Shown here in pieces: positions 1 to 13,382 of a stretch of DNA of 64,000 nt. Source of the DNA: Flaccisagitta enflata (lineage: Eukaryota); contig OZ231126.1 in the NCBI GenBank assembly GCA_965153355.1, positions 7,006,001 to 7,070,000 of the forward strand, written 5' to 3'. Below the pieces are notes generated by a model. That model was not told the origin of the DNA. It made no database searches and worked only from the letters and a program-made list of their open reading frames with translations. A program made the position numbers and the translations under genes. Every line of letters begins with the position of its first letter. The stretch's first letter is position 1.

Positions 1-1295
1 TTTTGCTTGTATAGCAACTGTAATGGTCTCTTGTAACCCTACCATTAATTTGCGTGTGACATGTTTCACAACTTCTTTTTCTGTTTTTGCTTTTCGGATT
101 TTAAGGCAAACGTTTCATTAATTTTGTTGTAAAATCTAAACAATTTGAGCAAATGAGCTCTGCTTGGTGGCAAATGAAAGCTCTTTCGAAGCTCTATACA
201 TTGGTCATCAATTTTCCAGACCTTCTATGATTGATATGTACAGGATATACCCATACAAAAACGCTAGAATTATAAAAAACAAGGCCGGATACACGGCTAC
301 CAAAGTCGCGTGCAGGTGGGCAGGGGCCATATTTGAGGTCACCAGACCATTTGGGCAGGAGCCGTGAGGTCAAAGTAATAAAATCATGAAAAAAAGTAAA
401 GTGTGACCAACCAACCGACCAACCGACCGACCAACCGACCGACGGACAAAGCAGGTTGTAGAGTTGCGTGCACGCGACTAAAAAAATTTACCTCGCAGAT
501 CAAAGTGAATCATTTCACTTTTCTGCTGTAAAATCTGAACAAATTGAGCTACAGATCTCTGCTTGGTGGCATTTGATCAAATTTTTGTAGGGCTTTCTAA
601 CGATCACCAATTTTTGTATGTTTTGTATTATAATTTAGCCACAATTTAAGAAAACATGCCGGACTCTTATTTTGAGCAACATAGTACATAAATACATTCA
701 TACATACATTCTCTTCCCAAATGGTTTTAAGTGAGAACTATGTTTTTGAAAATGCAAAATTCATACATACATTCTCTTCCCAAATGGTTTTTAGTGAGAA
801 CTACTATCTTGGTCAAATTAAGAGTCCGCCATGTTTTCTTACATTGAGGCAAGATTATTCAAAAAAACTTACAAAAATCGGTGACCATTAGAAAGCTCTG
901 CGAAAATGCGATCTAATGCCACCAAGCAGACCTCTGTAGCTCAATTCGTTTAGATTTTACAGCAGAAAAAGTAAAATGATTCATTTTGATTTCTAAGGTG
1001 AAAATCATAGATTTTCATTTTTGAAATTCCAGCAGCTTCATTTGTATATTTTCTATACATAGAAATTATAGAAACATAAGAAAATCGGTGACCGTTATAA
1101 AGAGCTTCAAAAGAGCTTTTATTTGCCACCAAGCAGAACTCATTTGCTCAAATTGTTTAGATTTTATAACAAAATTAGTACAAGCCTCATCATAAAACCA
1201 AAGTGGCAAAAACAGATAAAAGAGATGAGAAACCTGTTACACGCAAATCAGTGATGCTGCAATATGACACCATAAAAAACACTATACAAGCAATA
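1..1295. mobile_element. Long imperfect palindrome (foldback/MITE), left end outside the window
   Basis: 1-690 is the reverse complement of about 800-1295, e.g. ctgcttggtggcaaatgaaagctc vs gagcttttatttgccaccaagcag. Confidence 0.7.
278..486 (-). mobile_element. HINE family 1 copy inserted in a palindromic element
   Basis: aacaaggccggatacacggc...(ccga)n...gttgcgtgcacgcgactaaaa; same structure as 18033-18246. Confidence 0.8.
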
Positions 1296-2625
1296 TATAG
1301 TTCCAAAACACACTGAAATAAACTTCTGCAATAAGAAACAGATTTTTCTGATCAATATTCAAGATTTAAGAACTAAATTTAATTACGAGGACTCTTATTT
1401 TGACCAAGATAGTATGTTTTTGAAAATGCAAAATTCTTCTGCACCGTCTTATAATTTTGACCTCTGGAAAAAGAAAAAAAAGTCAATAAAATTTCACTGA
1501 AAATCTTCATTTTCTTGCCTTTTTCCTTGAGAATTGCAATTTTAAGCATAAAATATGAAACAGACATACATATCAAGTTTAGGTGTGCCAAATAGGGATG
1601 ATGACTGATTTGGACATCATAACATTAACCCAAGATGGGGATTTTGATTTCAAGACAATCACCGTTTTCCTTTTTTCAAAATTCGTTCGGCAACCGTTTT
1701 TTCTTGCGATCGAAATCAAATGATATGTCCGCACTCTTGGTTGCCAAGAAACAGAAAATTAATTTAAAGAAATATCATTCTACAGTTATTGACTTTTGAT
1801 GTGATGGTACTAAGTAGGTTACTGTTCAGTTTTACACCTCATGGTGCCATAGAAATGATTAGAACCCCTCAACAAGCATGGCAAACGAAATAAAGTCAAT
1901 TACATGATTACAACGATATGCAAATTAGGGGCAAAACAGGGGTTTTGAAAAAAATGGAAGATCAGCGAAATATGAAAAAAGAAAAACGGTGAAGGCCCTT
2001 AAATTAGTAGCCCCATGTTGTCCTAGTGTGATATCTCCATAGAATAATGTTTTGCATATTGGCACACCCGAATATCAAGTGTATCCAGTAGCAGCTTGAC
2101 CAATGGAAAAATTTGTGGATGGATAATTAAGCTATTATTTATGCAAAAGTGAAATTAAGCACTGCACTTTTCCCTGGCAGATTTGACGTCATAAGTGTTT
2201 TTGTTGGAATCTAAAATAAACGGCCAAAGAGCCTCATCTACTTTGGACTCATTTTTAGTCGCGGACACGCGACTCTACACCTTGCTGTGTCGGTCGGTAG
2301 GTCGGTCGGTAGATCGGTAGGTCCGTCACATTTTTGAATCCCGAGCGGTTTTCGCATTACTGCTCCTGCCCAACCATCCGTGACTGGATTGTCATGTATC
2401 CGGCCTTGTTATCTGCCTAAGGCCAAGAGCCTATGTTGTTTAACTTGTTATACATTGAATTAACTGTGGTAATTCTCACATGCAGCTGTGGCAGGACAGA
2501 AGTCGCCTGCTCACATTGTGGTACACCTACAAATTATCAATTTGTCAACTTTAATGCATGAATTGATCAGTGAATGATTAAATGAATGGAAAACAGCCTT
2601 GTCTCTTAACTTTCTGTAACGACAG

Positions 2626-2815
2626 ATGGGGATGGAGTTTGTCATCGTGGCAATTATCTCTTACATGATGATGGTTAGCTTCACCGCGGCTTTGGTCCAC
2701 GGCATTTGGAAATGGAATGTTTCTTGCTCTTTCATGTTTGGCTCCATAATAACTGCCACAGACTGTCTCATGCTTATTCCAATCTTTGTTGGAACCAGTG
2801 CGGCGAGAGCTGTAG
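2626..2815 (+). CDS. Na+/H+ exchanger (CPA1, SLC9C/SOS1-like) internal exon A
   Basis: Acceptor gacag at 2625, donor G|GTAAAA. Encodes ...WKWNVSCSFMFGSIITATDCLMLIPIF, matching the CPA1 motif 'W...FG.I.SATDP'. Confidence 0.72.
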
Positions 2816-3925
2816 GTAAAAGGAGTGTAGTCAGTTGTTTTTTCTTGTGTTGTACCATCATAACTGCCACATACAGCCTCATGCTCATTCTAATCTTTGT
2901 TGGAACCAGTCCGGCAAGAGTTGAAGGTAAAAGAAATGATTTCTAGTTTGATACCATCATAACTGCCACAGACTGCCTGTTGGTGGAACCAGCGCGAAAA
3001 GAGCTGTAGGTAAGAGAAGTGAAGTCAATTGTTTTGTCTGATCTGGTATCATTATAACTGACACAAACTGCCTCATGCTTTTTCCAATCTTTGTTGGAAT
3101 CAGTGCGGGCAGAGCTGTAGGTAAGAGAAGTGAAGACAGTTATTTTTCTTATCTGGTACCATTTTAGCTACGATGGACTGCCTCATGCTTATTCAAATTT
3201 TTGTTGAAACCAGTGCGGCGAGAGCTATAGGAAAGAGGAAAGAGGAAAGAGGAAAGAGTCAGTTATTTTTTCTTATCTGGTACCATAATAATGATATAAT
3301 ATTATAACTGCCACAGACTGCCACATGCTTATTCCAATCTTTGTTGGATCCAGTGCAGTAAGAGCTGTAGGTACAACTAAAGATTTCTAGTTTGATACCA
3401 TCATAACTGCCACAGACTGCCTTATGCTTATTCCAATCTTTGTTACAATCAGCTCAGCAAGAGCTGTGGGTAAGAGGAGTGCTTACCAGAGTGCTCTTAA
3501 ATTATGGTGCAATCTGAATCTTGTCTTCCTTGCCTAAGGAGTGTTTCCATATTCATCACAGATGATGGCTCTGGACTCATGTGATGATCAGATAAAGTTT
3601 ACTCATGCCCACCACCCCACCTCTTCCCCATGATAAAAGATAAGAAACTTAGGAGGCATTTTCTACAAGATATGAGGGGGGTGGCGCGGAAAAACTTCAT
3701 TTGATCGCCACAAGATTTTAGGCTTATCATCTGTGATGGACATGGTCTCCATTTGTCCACAAGGGGAACTGTTTATGCTTATGCTTATATGCAAGAGCTG
3801 TAGGTAAGAGAACTGATGTCATTCGTTCCTTAATGTTTGGTACCAACATAACTGCCATGGACTGTCTCGTGCTTATTCCAACTTTTGTTAAAACAAGCGC
3901 AGCGCCAATGAGAGCTGTAGGTCAA
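2740..3925 (+). repeat. Tandem array (about 7-8 copies) of the 3' half of exchanger exon A plus its splice donor
   Basis: Recurring unit ccatcataactgccacagactgcctcatgcttattccaatctttgttggaaccagtgcggcgagagctgtagGTAAGAG near 2852, 2950, 3047, 3156, 3301, 3396 and 3841. Confidence 0.9.
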
Positions 3926-4147
3926 TGGATTAAATTCTGTCATCCTTGACTGTTTCAAGGATATTTGTTTTGAGCGTGCACCTTAAGATTTACAGGTACA
4001 GGTGTGTGTGAGGTGTGGCTGAGGCAAAAGCATTCCATTGAGCTTTGTTTGAAGTATTTTTTACACTATTGAATTTTCAGTGAGAGCTTCAGTATGAAAT
4101 TTTCACTGTCCCGGCATCTAATGATGTGTTTTCTTCTTCATAAACAG

Positions 4148-4243
4148 CAAATCATGTTAATCATGAAGCAACCTTCAACACAGTCCTGGCATTTCTCATG
4201 TTTGACATTTGGGCTAAGTATGACCATTACAAAAACTACCATG
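4148..4243 (+). CDS. Na+/H+ exchanger exon B
   Basis: Acceptor ttcttcttcataaacag, donor G|GTAAGT, 96 nt, phase 1-1. Encodes ANHVNHEATFNTVLAFLMFDIW, aligning with the CPA1 'GESL.ND..AI..F' helix. Confidence 0.68.
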
Positions 4244-4372
4244 GTAAGTGAATCATTGACAAACACGAAAAAAATTCTGTAATGAGGGCAGTCAATTGAG
4301 AATTCTGGCAGATTTTCAAGGAAAAGGATACTTTTCATGTTTCCATGTCTTCTCATTCAATTCTTTTCTTAG

Positions 4373-4485
4373 GTTTCCAATATTTCATGAATGTGTTTGT
4401 ATTATCACCCATCGTTGCCTTTCTCATGGCCCTGCTTTTCTTGCAATTTTGTAAGTGGTTCCACAGCTGTTACATTTCAGATATG
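4373..4485 (+). CDS. Na+/H+ exchanger exon C
   Basis: Acceptor ttcttttcttag, donor ATG|GTAAGT, phase 1 to 0. Hydrophobic helix GFQYFMNVFVLSPIVAFLMALLFLQFCKWF. Confidence 0.65.
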
Positions 4486-5621
4486 GTAAGTACAAATCTA
4501 TTATGATAACCTGGGCTTAAGGAGGATTTCAGTAATGTAACCCACCATAGCGTAGGGCTTTGCTTTGCTTTGCTTATTGATTGCGCCTGGTCAAGGTATG
4601 GAGACATTGGAAGTAAGATATGGTGGACTATTAACTGGGGCTCAGTGCTAGCAGCTTTTGAATTGTATTGTAAAATATATTCTGGCAGGCAAGGAAGATT
4701 CATTTTCAATGTGTATCCTGTTAACAAAACACTAATTTTGTTGTTAAACTACAGATTATTATTCTCTCCTTGATCATTATTTCATACATCGTTGGATACC
4801 ATCTATTAACTCTCTCTGGTACATTGATGGTTTTTGTATCAAGTCTTGTTGTACAATTCAACAAAACCATCCTATCATCTGAGGTAAAGACAAATACTTA
4901 ATATGAAAACAAGGCCGGATACACGGCTAACCAAGTCGCGTGCGGCAGGGGCAGTGATGAAATAGACCAACCAAGCAGTTGGGCAGGAGCAGTAACCCCC
5001 AAACCTCCCATAAACGCCGAAAAAGCAAAGTGTAACAGATGACCAATGTACGGACCAGTGGACGGACCGACGGATGGGCTGCCGGACAGAGCAGGTTGCA
5101 GAGTCGCGTTCACGCAACTAAAAATGCAGAAACAATTCTTGAACATGCCATGTTGGTCCGTTAGTTGATCGATCCGTCCATCCATCTGTCCGTCCTTCGG
5201 TAACTTATTTGAGATGGGAGTGGTTTTTAGCTGTATTGCCCTTTCCCACCCATCTGTGACTTGGGAAGTTGGGAAGAGTGTAGCAGCCTTGTTTTACTTC
5301 TTTTTGAGGTACGACGGGATCATTTTTAGTTGCGGACACGCAACTCTATAAGAGCCTTTGTCCGTCCATCCGTCCATCCGTCCGTCTGTCCATCCGTCCG
5401 TCCGTCCGTCGGTGTCAACGAGTCGAAAAGTGGAACAATGCGCATTTCCGCCCCTGCCCACCCGCCCGCAACTGATGGCCGTGTATCCGGCCTTGTTTTT
5501 TAAAAACTGATCTTTGGCTAAGGACCTATCTCCAGAGCAAAGCCTTGCCTTAAGCAAAATGTAACTCACCACAAATCATGGTCTTGTTACTAACCATTTC
5601 AATTTCATCCATTTCTCTCAG

Positions 5622-5730
5622 GTTCTTTCAAGTGTATACATGACATTAGATGTGCTCACATTTATGAGTACATCAGTATTGACAGTATACACCACTGTCT
5701 GGTTGATTCATTATACAGACATTTCCGTTG
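5622..5730 (+). CDS. Na+/H+ exchanger exon D
   Basis: Acceptor atttctctcag, donor G|GTACGT, phase 0 to 1. Encodes VLSSVYMTLDVLTFMSTSVLTVYTTVWLIHYTDISV, in frame with exon C. Confidence 0.58.
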
Positions 5731-6604
5731 GTACGTGTTTGCTTATGCCTTGTTTAGGGGGCGATATCAGCGGGGGTGAAAAAGCTCGCTCGAAAAAGAT
5801 TGTCAGCAATTTGGCTAAAGTGAGGACGCTGAATAAAACTGTGGAAATCAAAAGTCTTCAGCATTACTCGTTTTGATGTTTTACAAACTTTTTTCTTTGA
5901 AAAAGTGGGAAAAAAAGGTAACACTTATTCTACGACTTCTTTCTAAAACTCATCTCCACCGAATTTTCATTAAGTCAGAGTTAGCTTTGCAATGTATCAT
6001 TACGCGTTGAGAAAGAGAGACAGACTGGCTAAAACCAACAAGTAAATGGACGGACTGATGAGATGATACGCAGACAATCCATTACTACTCCTAAAGTGGG
6101 TGTGACCGCTTGCTGCAGTCAGTGCAACGCAATTTGGCGCCGCGTAAAAAAAAGTTTGTGTGAAAGGTAATGCATGTGTGTAACTCTCTACAGCATAGTA
6201 AGACAGCAACGATGACATAAAAAATCGCACCATAAAAATCACCTTTACCTACATCTTCATGCGAGTAAGGAAGTAGATCTAGAAAGAAAAGTGAAATATC
6301 TTCTAAACCTATTGAGTGACATCGATAAAAAAAAGATTGACCATAAAACATATGAAATACTACAGAGTAAAAAAAAGTATGACTGTCTGTGCTTAAGTTG
6401 ACCTTTATGTCCCCAGACTTTAACTTTGAGCGCATGAACAGAAAATTGTATGAGATATCATGTCAATCGATTTGATATTAGAAATCAGGGGTGCATGGAT
6501 CACTCAATTTTTGGACGGAATCCAAAGCAGAACTTCACGATCTAGCTACCGGTGTCGTTACCGGAATCCTAGAAGCTAGCGTTTGACCGTGGTGATTTTA
6601 TCTT

Positions 6605-8366
6605 CCGCCACCTGCACAAGTTGAGCTAGCTGCATTATTTCTCATCGCAAAAAAAAAATTGAGTAAGGAGGCTAGAAAAAGGTCAATCTTGTGTAAAAAA
6701 ACCTGGGGAATCCAACTGTGACCTTTTTAGAGCCCTACGCGGCTGCGTTTAGAAACGGCCCCAAAAAAACACCCAAAAATGGCTATTTTTGGGTATTTTT
6801 GGCTAAAATTTAGTACTTAAATGGAGGCCAAGTGTTTAATTTCATACTTGGGGACACTTCAAGATGTAAGAGACTAGTAAAACAAGAATCATGATGATGG
6901 GGCTATTGTTGGGTACCTAAAAAGGCCCAAAAAGGGCCCCTAAAACGGAAAAAATGTAGTTTTTTTTTTCATTGTGACTACAAAAATGAATGGAATGACT
7001 TCAAATTTGAAATGGAAGTTCCTTATAAATGCAACTACCATCATGTAAAAATTTGTGGCCCTCCTTAGATGGCTTCATAGGAAAATTTGGCCACAAAAAC
7101 CAAAAATCGCTCCAAAAAAATCAGTTTTTTGAGTTCATTGACCTAAAAACAATATCATAAGGTCAGGGTACCCCAATATTTTTTTCTATTTTGCTAATAT
7201 AAGATGTTTGGAGGTTCCAAAAAAAATTTCAGGCCATAAAGTCGATAAATCTACCTGGCTCACTTTTTTATCTCGAGAGGTAGGACCTCAAACTCGCTTA
7301 TCATCAGACCCACTTTCACTTGAAACGAAACCTGCACGTCTCGATCTAAGGAAACATTTTTTCTCTGTTCGCATCCCCGTTATCTGGAATGCCCTTCCTC
7401 TCACAATTCGCCAATCATCCTCCGTTAATCAATTCAAAGCTCTGTATGACAAATTCCAAAAAAATCAATCTGCCTGAAAAAAGAAAAAGAAATGAAAAAT
7501 TGTAACAACGTCAGATTTTGCATACCGTGCCAAGTGTTGGCAGCTGTCATCATTTGGCACTGGTGGCATAGTGTCAGTTTAACCTAACTGTGCTTTGTCA
7601 TCCTCTCGGCAGGTATTGGTTTCACCTAACCATATCTCGCCTACCCTTCTTTTTTTTCACTCGTCTACAACCAATCTCAAAAATATTAATCAACAAGAGA
7701 CATCAAGACGTGCCCGATTTTCTCGGAATGACGGCCATATGTCTTTCAAGCAAGAAAAATTTGTTTATGGGTTCACAAATCTTTATGACATTTTCTTGGA
7801 GACTAAACATGGACAAAATTTGTCTTGGGGAGACCGATTAGCGACCTCCAAATTCCACGGCCCAAAGTGCTGCACAATCAACAAGCCACCAACAAGTCAA
7901 CAAGCTACCAGGCGGGCATTACAGTCCGGGCATTCACTGAAGACAACTGGCACTCCAAACTCAGCGGCCTGTTCCTTTCAGGCCGTTGTCGGTATGTATT
8001 GGGAAACTCTGTAAAGAAATGAAAATCGCATACAACCAGTGTGCTCGCTTGGCTTGCTTTGCTGCTTGGTTCTCAACTTTTACACACAGAAAAAAAAGGC
8101 AAAGAAAAGAGCGAGACCGGTTCATTTGTAAAGATAAAGTAAAGATAAAGTAAAGATAAAGTAAAGTAAAGTAAAGATAAAGTAAAGATAAAGTATAGAC
8201 CAGTGGCATCGGCCACAACGTTGATCACGATAATTAGACAAAGTAAAGCTCAAGATCTACAAAGACTGCAGCCATAGATGTCGTGGGAGTAGGGCTGCTA
8301 ATGGCCATTTTTTCCAAGGCATCAACCTGGACTTCTGAACATACCATGCCTCCACTTTCAAAATTG

Positions 8367-8417
<51 letters not shown>

Positions 8418-9726
8418 CGACAGAAAAAATGACAACAGTAACAATAACCCTCCATGGAGACTATTTGTATATACGGCATTCAATCAACCAGTGGACAATT
8501 GTGAACTCAAGAAACAGTATCTAAAATTACTTTTTAAAGTCATTTGAAATTGTCATTTTTCGTTATATCGCATTTATTAGTATGTGAAACCTTCTTCCAA
8601 CATTTTTCCGACGGAACAGCTATCATCTCGAAGAGCAAGTCGTAAAAAGCTTGCTTCCTTTGATAGCTTAAATTTTATATTATTATTATTATATTTCCAA
8701 AAAATGGCTGAGATATGACCATTTGAAGCGACGTGGTAAAAATGGAAAACGCCGAAAATGGTCATTTTTTGTGATTTTTTTAAACAATTGGGTACAAAAA
8801 GGGGTCCTGTTCATTTTAATTCATAGTTGGGGACACTACAAGATGTAAGAGATTATAAAAACAGGAATCATAATGATGGGGCTATTGTGGGGTACCTAAA
8901 AAGGCCCAAAAAGGGCCCCTAAAACGAAAAAAATGTATTTTTTTTTTCATTGTGACTACAAAAATGAATGGAATGACTTCAAATTTGAAATGGAAGTTCC
9001 TTATAGATGCAACTACCATCATGTAAAGATTTGTGGCCCTCCTTAGATGGCTTCATAGGAAAATTTGGCCACAAAAACCAAAAATCGCTCCAAAAAAATC
9101 AGTTTTTTGAGTTAATTGACCTAAAAACAATATTTGAAGGTCAGGGTACCCCAATTTTTTTTTCTATTTTGCTAATATAAGATGTTTGGAGGTTCCAAAA
9201 AAAATTTCAGGCCATATTTCCAAAAAATGGCTGAGATATGACCATTTGAAGCGACGTGGTAAATATGGAAAACGCCGAAAATGGTCATTTTTTGTGATTT
9301 TTTAGCCAAAAACCCTAAAACCCTAAAAACCCAAAAAAAGTAAAGTGTGATGGACGGACCAACCGACCGACCGACGGACGAAAGGACCGACGGACCGACG
9401 GACGGACCAACGGACCGACGGACAAGCGGGGTGTAGAGTCGCGTGGCCTGAGGCTTAAAAAAATAACCATTTTAGTCGCATGCTGCTGACTCTACAACCG
9501 CTTTATCGTCCGTCCGTCGTTAGTCCCGTCCATCTGTCGATCGTCCGTCCGTCGGTCGTCACACTTTACTTTTTGAGATTTGCCGATCTTTGGCCTCACT
9601 GCTCCTGCCCAAATGATTGAGTGACCTCAAAAACAGCCCCTGCCCACCCGCACGCGACTGGGGTAGCCGTGTATCCGGCCTTGTTAGTCAAAGACATGCA
9701 AATCTAACCTTGCTTTGTCAGTCAGT

Positions 9727-9793
<67 letters not shown>

Positions 9794-11451
9794 ACAGACA
9801 GCAGAGACAGAGACAGAGAGACAGAACAGAGACAGAGACAGAGAGACAGACAGACAGACACACACACACACACACACAAACACTAAGAAGAAAAGAAGGT
9901 TAGAAGGGAAAATGGTGATCAAAGAAGCATTCTGTACTCGAAACAAAAGCCGCATAAATCTTTTTTGTTTTTACGTGTCAGTTGCCTCGCCTAAAAATGT
10001 AAGAAACGTAAGAGCGTAAGAACCTGCATGTTTGTGGCTTGCCAAAGCGCGCGTTTTTAGTCGCGTGCTCACAGTCTACACCCGCTTTGTCTGTCCATTG
10101 GTCAGTCGTCGGTCCATCCGTCGGTCCATGGGTCTGTCCGTCACACTACTTTTTCTGGGTTTTTGCGGTTTTTGGCCTCACTGCTCCTGCCCAAATGATG
10201 GAGTGACCTCAATTATGGCCAATTGTGTCCAATTGTTTTTAAAAATCACCAAAAATGACCATTTTTGGCATTTTTCAGTTTTACCACGTCGCTTCAAATG
10301 GTCATATCTCAGCCATTTTTTGGAAATATGGCCTGAAATTTTTTTTGGAACCTCCAAACATCTTATAATAGCAAAATAGAAAAAAGAAATTGGGGAACCC
10401 TGATCTTGAAATATTGTTTTTAGGTCAATGAACTAAAAAAACAGATTTTGGAGCGATTTTGGGTTTTTGTGGCCAAGTTTCCTATGAAGCCATTTAAGGA
10501 GGGCCACAAATTTTTACATGATGGTAGTTGCATTTATTAAGAACTTCCATTTCAATTTGAAGGCATTCCATTCATTTTGTAGTCACAATGAAAAAAAAAA
10601 CTACATTTTTTTCGTTTTAGGGGCCCTTTTTGGGCCTTTTTAGGTACCCCACAATAGCCCCATCATTATGATTCCTGTTTTTATAATCTCTTACATCTTG
10701 TAGTGTCCCCAACTATGAATTAAAATGAACAGGACCCTTTTTGTACCAAATTGTTTAAAAAAATCACAAAAAATGACCATTTTGGCGTTTTCATTTTTAC
10801 CACGTCGCTTCAAATGGTCATATCTCAGCCATTTTTGGAAATATGGCCTGAAATTTTGGAACCTCCAAACATCTTATATTAGCAAAATAGAAAAAATGAT
10901 GGGAATTGCCTTATAATATTGTTTTAGGTCAATGAACTAAAAACTGATTTTTTGGGAGCGATTTTTGGTTTTTGTGGCCAAATTTTCCTATGAAGCCATC
11001 TAAGAGGGCCACAAATTTTTACATGATGGTAGTTGCATTTATAAGGAACTTCCATTTCAAATTTGAAGTCATTCCATTCATTTTTGTAGTCACAATGAAA
11101 AAAAAACTACATTTTTTTCGTTTTAGGGACCCTTTTTGGGCCTTTTTAGGTACCCCACAATAGCCCCATCATCATGATTCTTGTTTTACTAGTCTCTTAC
11201 ATCTTGAAGTGTCCCCAACTATGAATTTAAACACTTGGCCTCCATTTAAGTACTAAATTTTGGCCAAAAATACCCAAAAATAGCCATTTTTGGGTGTTTT
11301 TTTGGGGCCGTTTCTAAACGCAGCCGCGTAGGGCTCTAAAAAGGTCACGGTTGGATTCCCCAGGTTTTTTTACATAAGATTGGGCCTTTTTTAGCCTCCT
11401 TACTAAATTTTTTTTTTTTTTTCATCGTAGCCCAACTTGTGCAGGTGGCGG
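6605..11451. mobile_element. Foldback-type non-autonomous DNA transposon with long modular inverted arms
   Basis: Ends ccgccacctgcacaagttg / caacttgtgcaggtggcgg are reverse complements, and TCTT flanks both (6601-6604, 11452-11455). The arms contain about 490-bp tandem units (left about 6830-9300, interrupted by a LINE; right about 10220-11230, inverted). Confidence 0.85.
7239..8693 (+). mobile_element. 5'-truncated CR1/L2-type LINE insertion
   Basis: ORF 7208..7477 ends with RLDLRKHFFSVRIPVIWNALP...SSVNQFK, typical of the CR1/L2 ORF2 C-terminus. 3' stem-loop at 8618-8668 and (TTA)n tail. It interrupts caggccata|tttccaaaaaatgg, which is intact at about 9208-9230. Confidence 0.8.
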
Positions 11452-12552
11452 TCTTACACGCAGTTGAATTTGATTTCAGAGGGAAATCTGAAATGTTGAG
11501 ATCTACGAGCTCACCTTTTTCAAGCCCTACCTTGTTAGAAAGACTGGCTCCAAGATGAATCAAGCTGCAATAAAGGGATACTCCACAGATGTTAACAAAT
11601 AACCCGGGGAAACAATGTTGTCGCGGATATACAACCCCCACCCCCTCCACACACACAATTTCTTTGCACAATTTCAAATGAGCATCTTAAAACTTAAGTT
11701 AGGATGCACATTTTCACACTTTTCAAATCGAGCATTACAGAGAGCTGGACTAACAGATCGACAAATGGATTGACAAAGCCTCTTGAAGACTCGCAAGTCC
11801 GCAATTAAGAACCAGGCTGAAACTTTGAAAACCTTCAAAAGATACACATGAAGGAGTTCATCAAAATCAATCACAAACACTCTACGACATTTCATTTTCT
11901 TTGTCAGTTTTTAGTCGCGTGCTACGCGACTCTACACCCTCCTTTGTTGGTCCATCCGTTGGTCCGTCGGTCCGTCAGTCCGTCGGTCCGTTGGTCTGTC
12001 CGTCTGTCCGTCCGTCCGTCCGCCCATCCGTCTGTCTGTCAGTCAGTCCGTCCTCCCGTCACATTTTACTTTTTTTTGGTTTTTGGGATTTTTGGCTTCA
12101 CTGCTCCTGCCCAAATGATCTGGTGACGGCAATTACAGCCCCTGTCCACCCGCACGCAACTGGGGTAGCTTTGTATCCAGCCTTGTTTTCTTTTCAGTTT
12201 TATTTCTCAGCTCCTGTTTGTTACATGCTACGCGACTCTACAGTATCAATCAACCACAGTGTGGTGCAGTGCTCCTGGTCACTAGAGCATTTGGGCAAGA
12301 GCAGTGAGGCCAGAGTCCATAAAACATAAAAAAGTAAAAAGGGGACTAACCAACCAACGGACGCACAGACAAAGCGGGTTGTAGAGTTGCGTGCATGCAA
12401 CTAAAAAGCGCACATTTTGAATAATTGATGTTGGGTTATGACATTTGTATGATTTTTTAAATATCTTTCTATTAACACAAATCAAAGTACTTGCGTGCAC
12501 GCAACTCTACAACCCCCTTTGTCTGTGCGTCCATTGGTTGGTTAGTCCCCTT

Positions 12553-13382
12553 TTTGGCAGCGGCCCCGAAGGAGTCGATGACCTATGCTTTCGAACATAT
12601 GGGGAATTTTCTCCTCCTTTTGGGCAGCGGCCCCGAAGGGGCCGATGACCTATAACACACAGAGAAATTTCTCCTCCTTCTTCTTCTCCTTCTCCTTCTC
12701 CTTCTCCGTCCACCCCCTTCGAAGCTCATATTCTAGCCTTAGGGCTCATATCCTAACCTATCGGCCCAAATCACAGCCTCAGGCAATTCTATTCTCAAGG
12801 CCCCGAATCTGAGTCTGGGCCCAAATCTTGCGCTGAGGCTCAAATCCCAGCCTCAAGGCTCAATTACCAACCTCAAGGCTCAAATCCCAGCCTGGGGGCT
12901 CACATCCCAGCCTTGAGGCTCATCCCAACCTTGAAGGCTCAAATCCTAGCCTAGAAGCTCAAATCCTTTAGAACTCAAATCCCGACCTCGGCTCAGATCC
13001 TAGCCAGCCAGAGGCACAAATCCCAAACTTGAAGCTAAATCTCAGCCTCAGGAAGCAATCCTAGCTTCAAGGCTGGGAAATCAACCCGAGGCTCAAATCT
13101 CAGCAGAGGCTCAAATCCCAGCTTGCCCGGGCTCAAGTCCCAGCAAAGGCTCATCCCACCCTCGAGGCTCAAATCCCACCCTCGAGGCTCAAATCCAAAA
13201 TCCCAACCTCGAGGCTAAAATCCCATTATTGATGCTCACTTTTAACCCTAGATCATCAAAAATTACTAAGCATAGGTCATCGGCCCCTTCGGGGCCGCTG
13301 CCCCTCTCACCATCACACACCTACTTATACTCACAAAGGGGCAACGGGTACCGCTGACCATCTAACGCTTTTGCGACTATTT
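12553..13382 (+). mobile_element. HINE-like family 2 with internal minisatellite
   Basis: Starts GGCAGCGGCCCCGAAGG, has an internal ~21-bp tandem unit (ggctcaaatcccagcct), an inverted GGGGCCGCTGCCC, and ends GGGCAACGGGTACCGCTGACCAT..GCGACTATTT. Related copies at about 13500-13772, 38209-38650, 40715-40845 and 46935-47455 (-). Confidence 0.65.
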
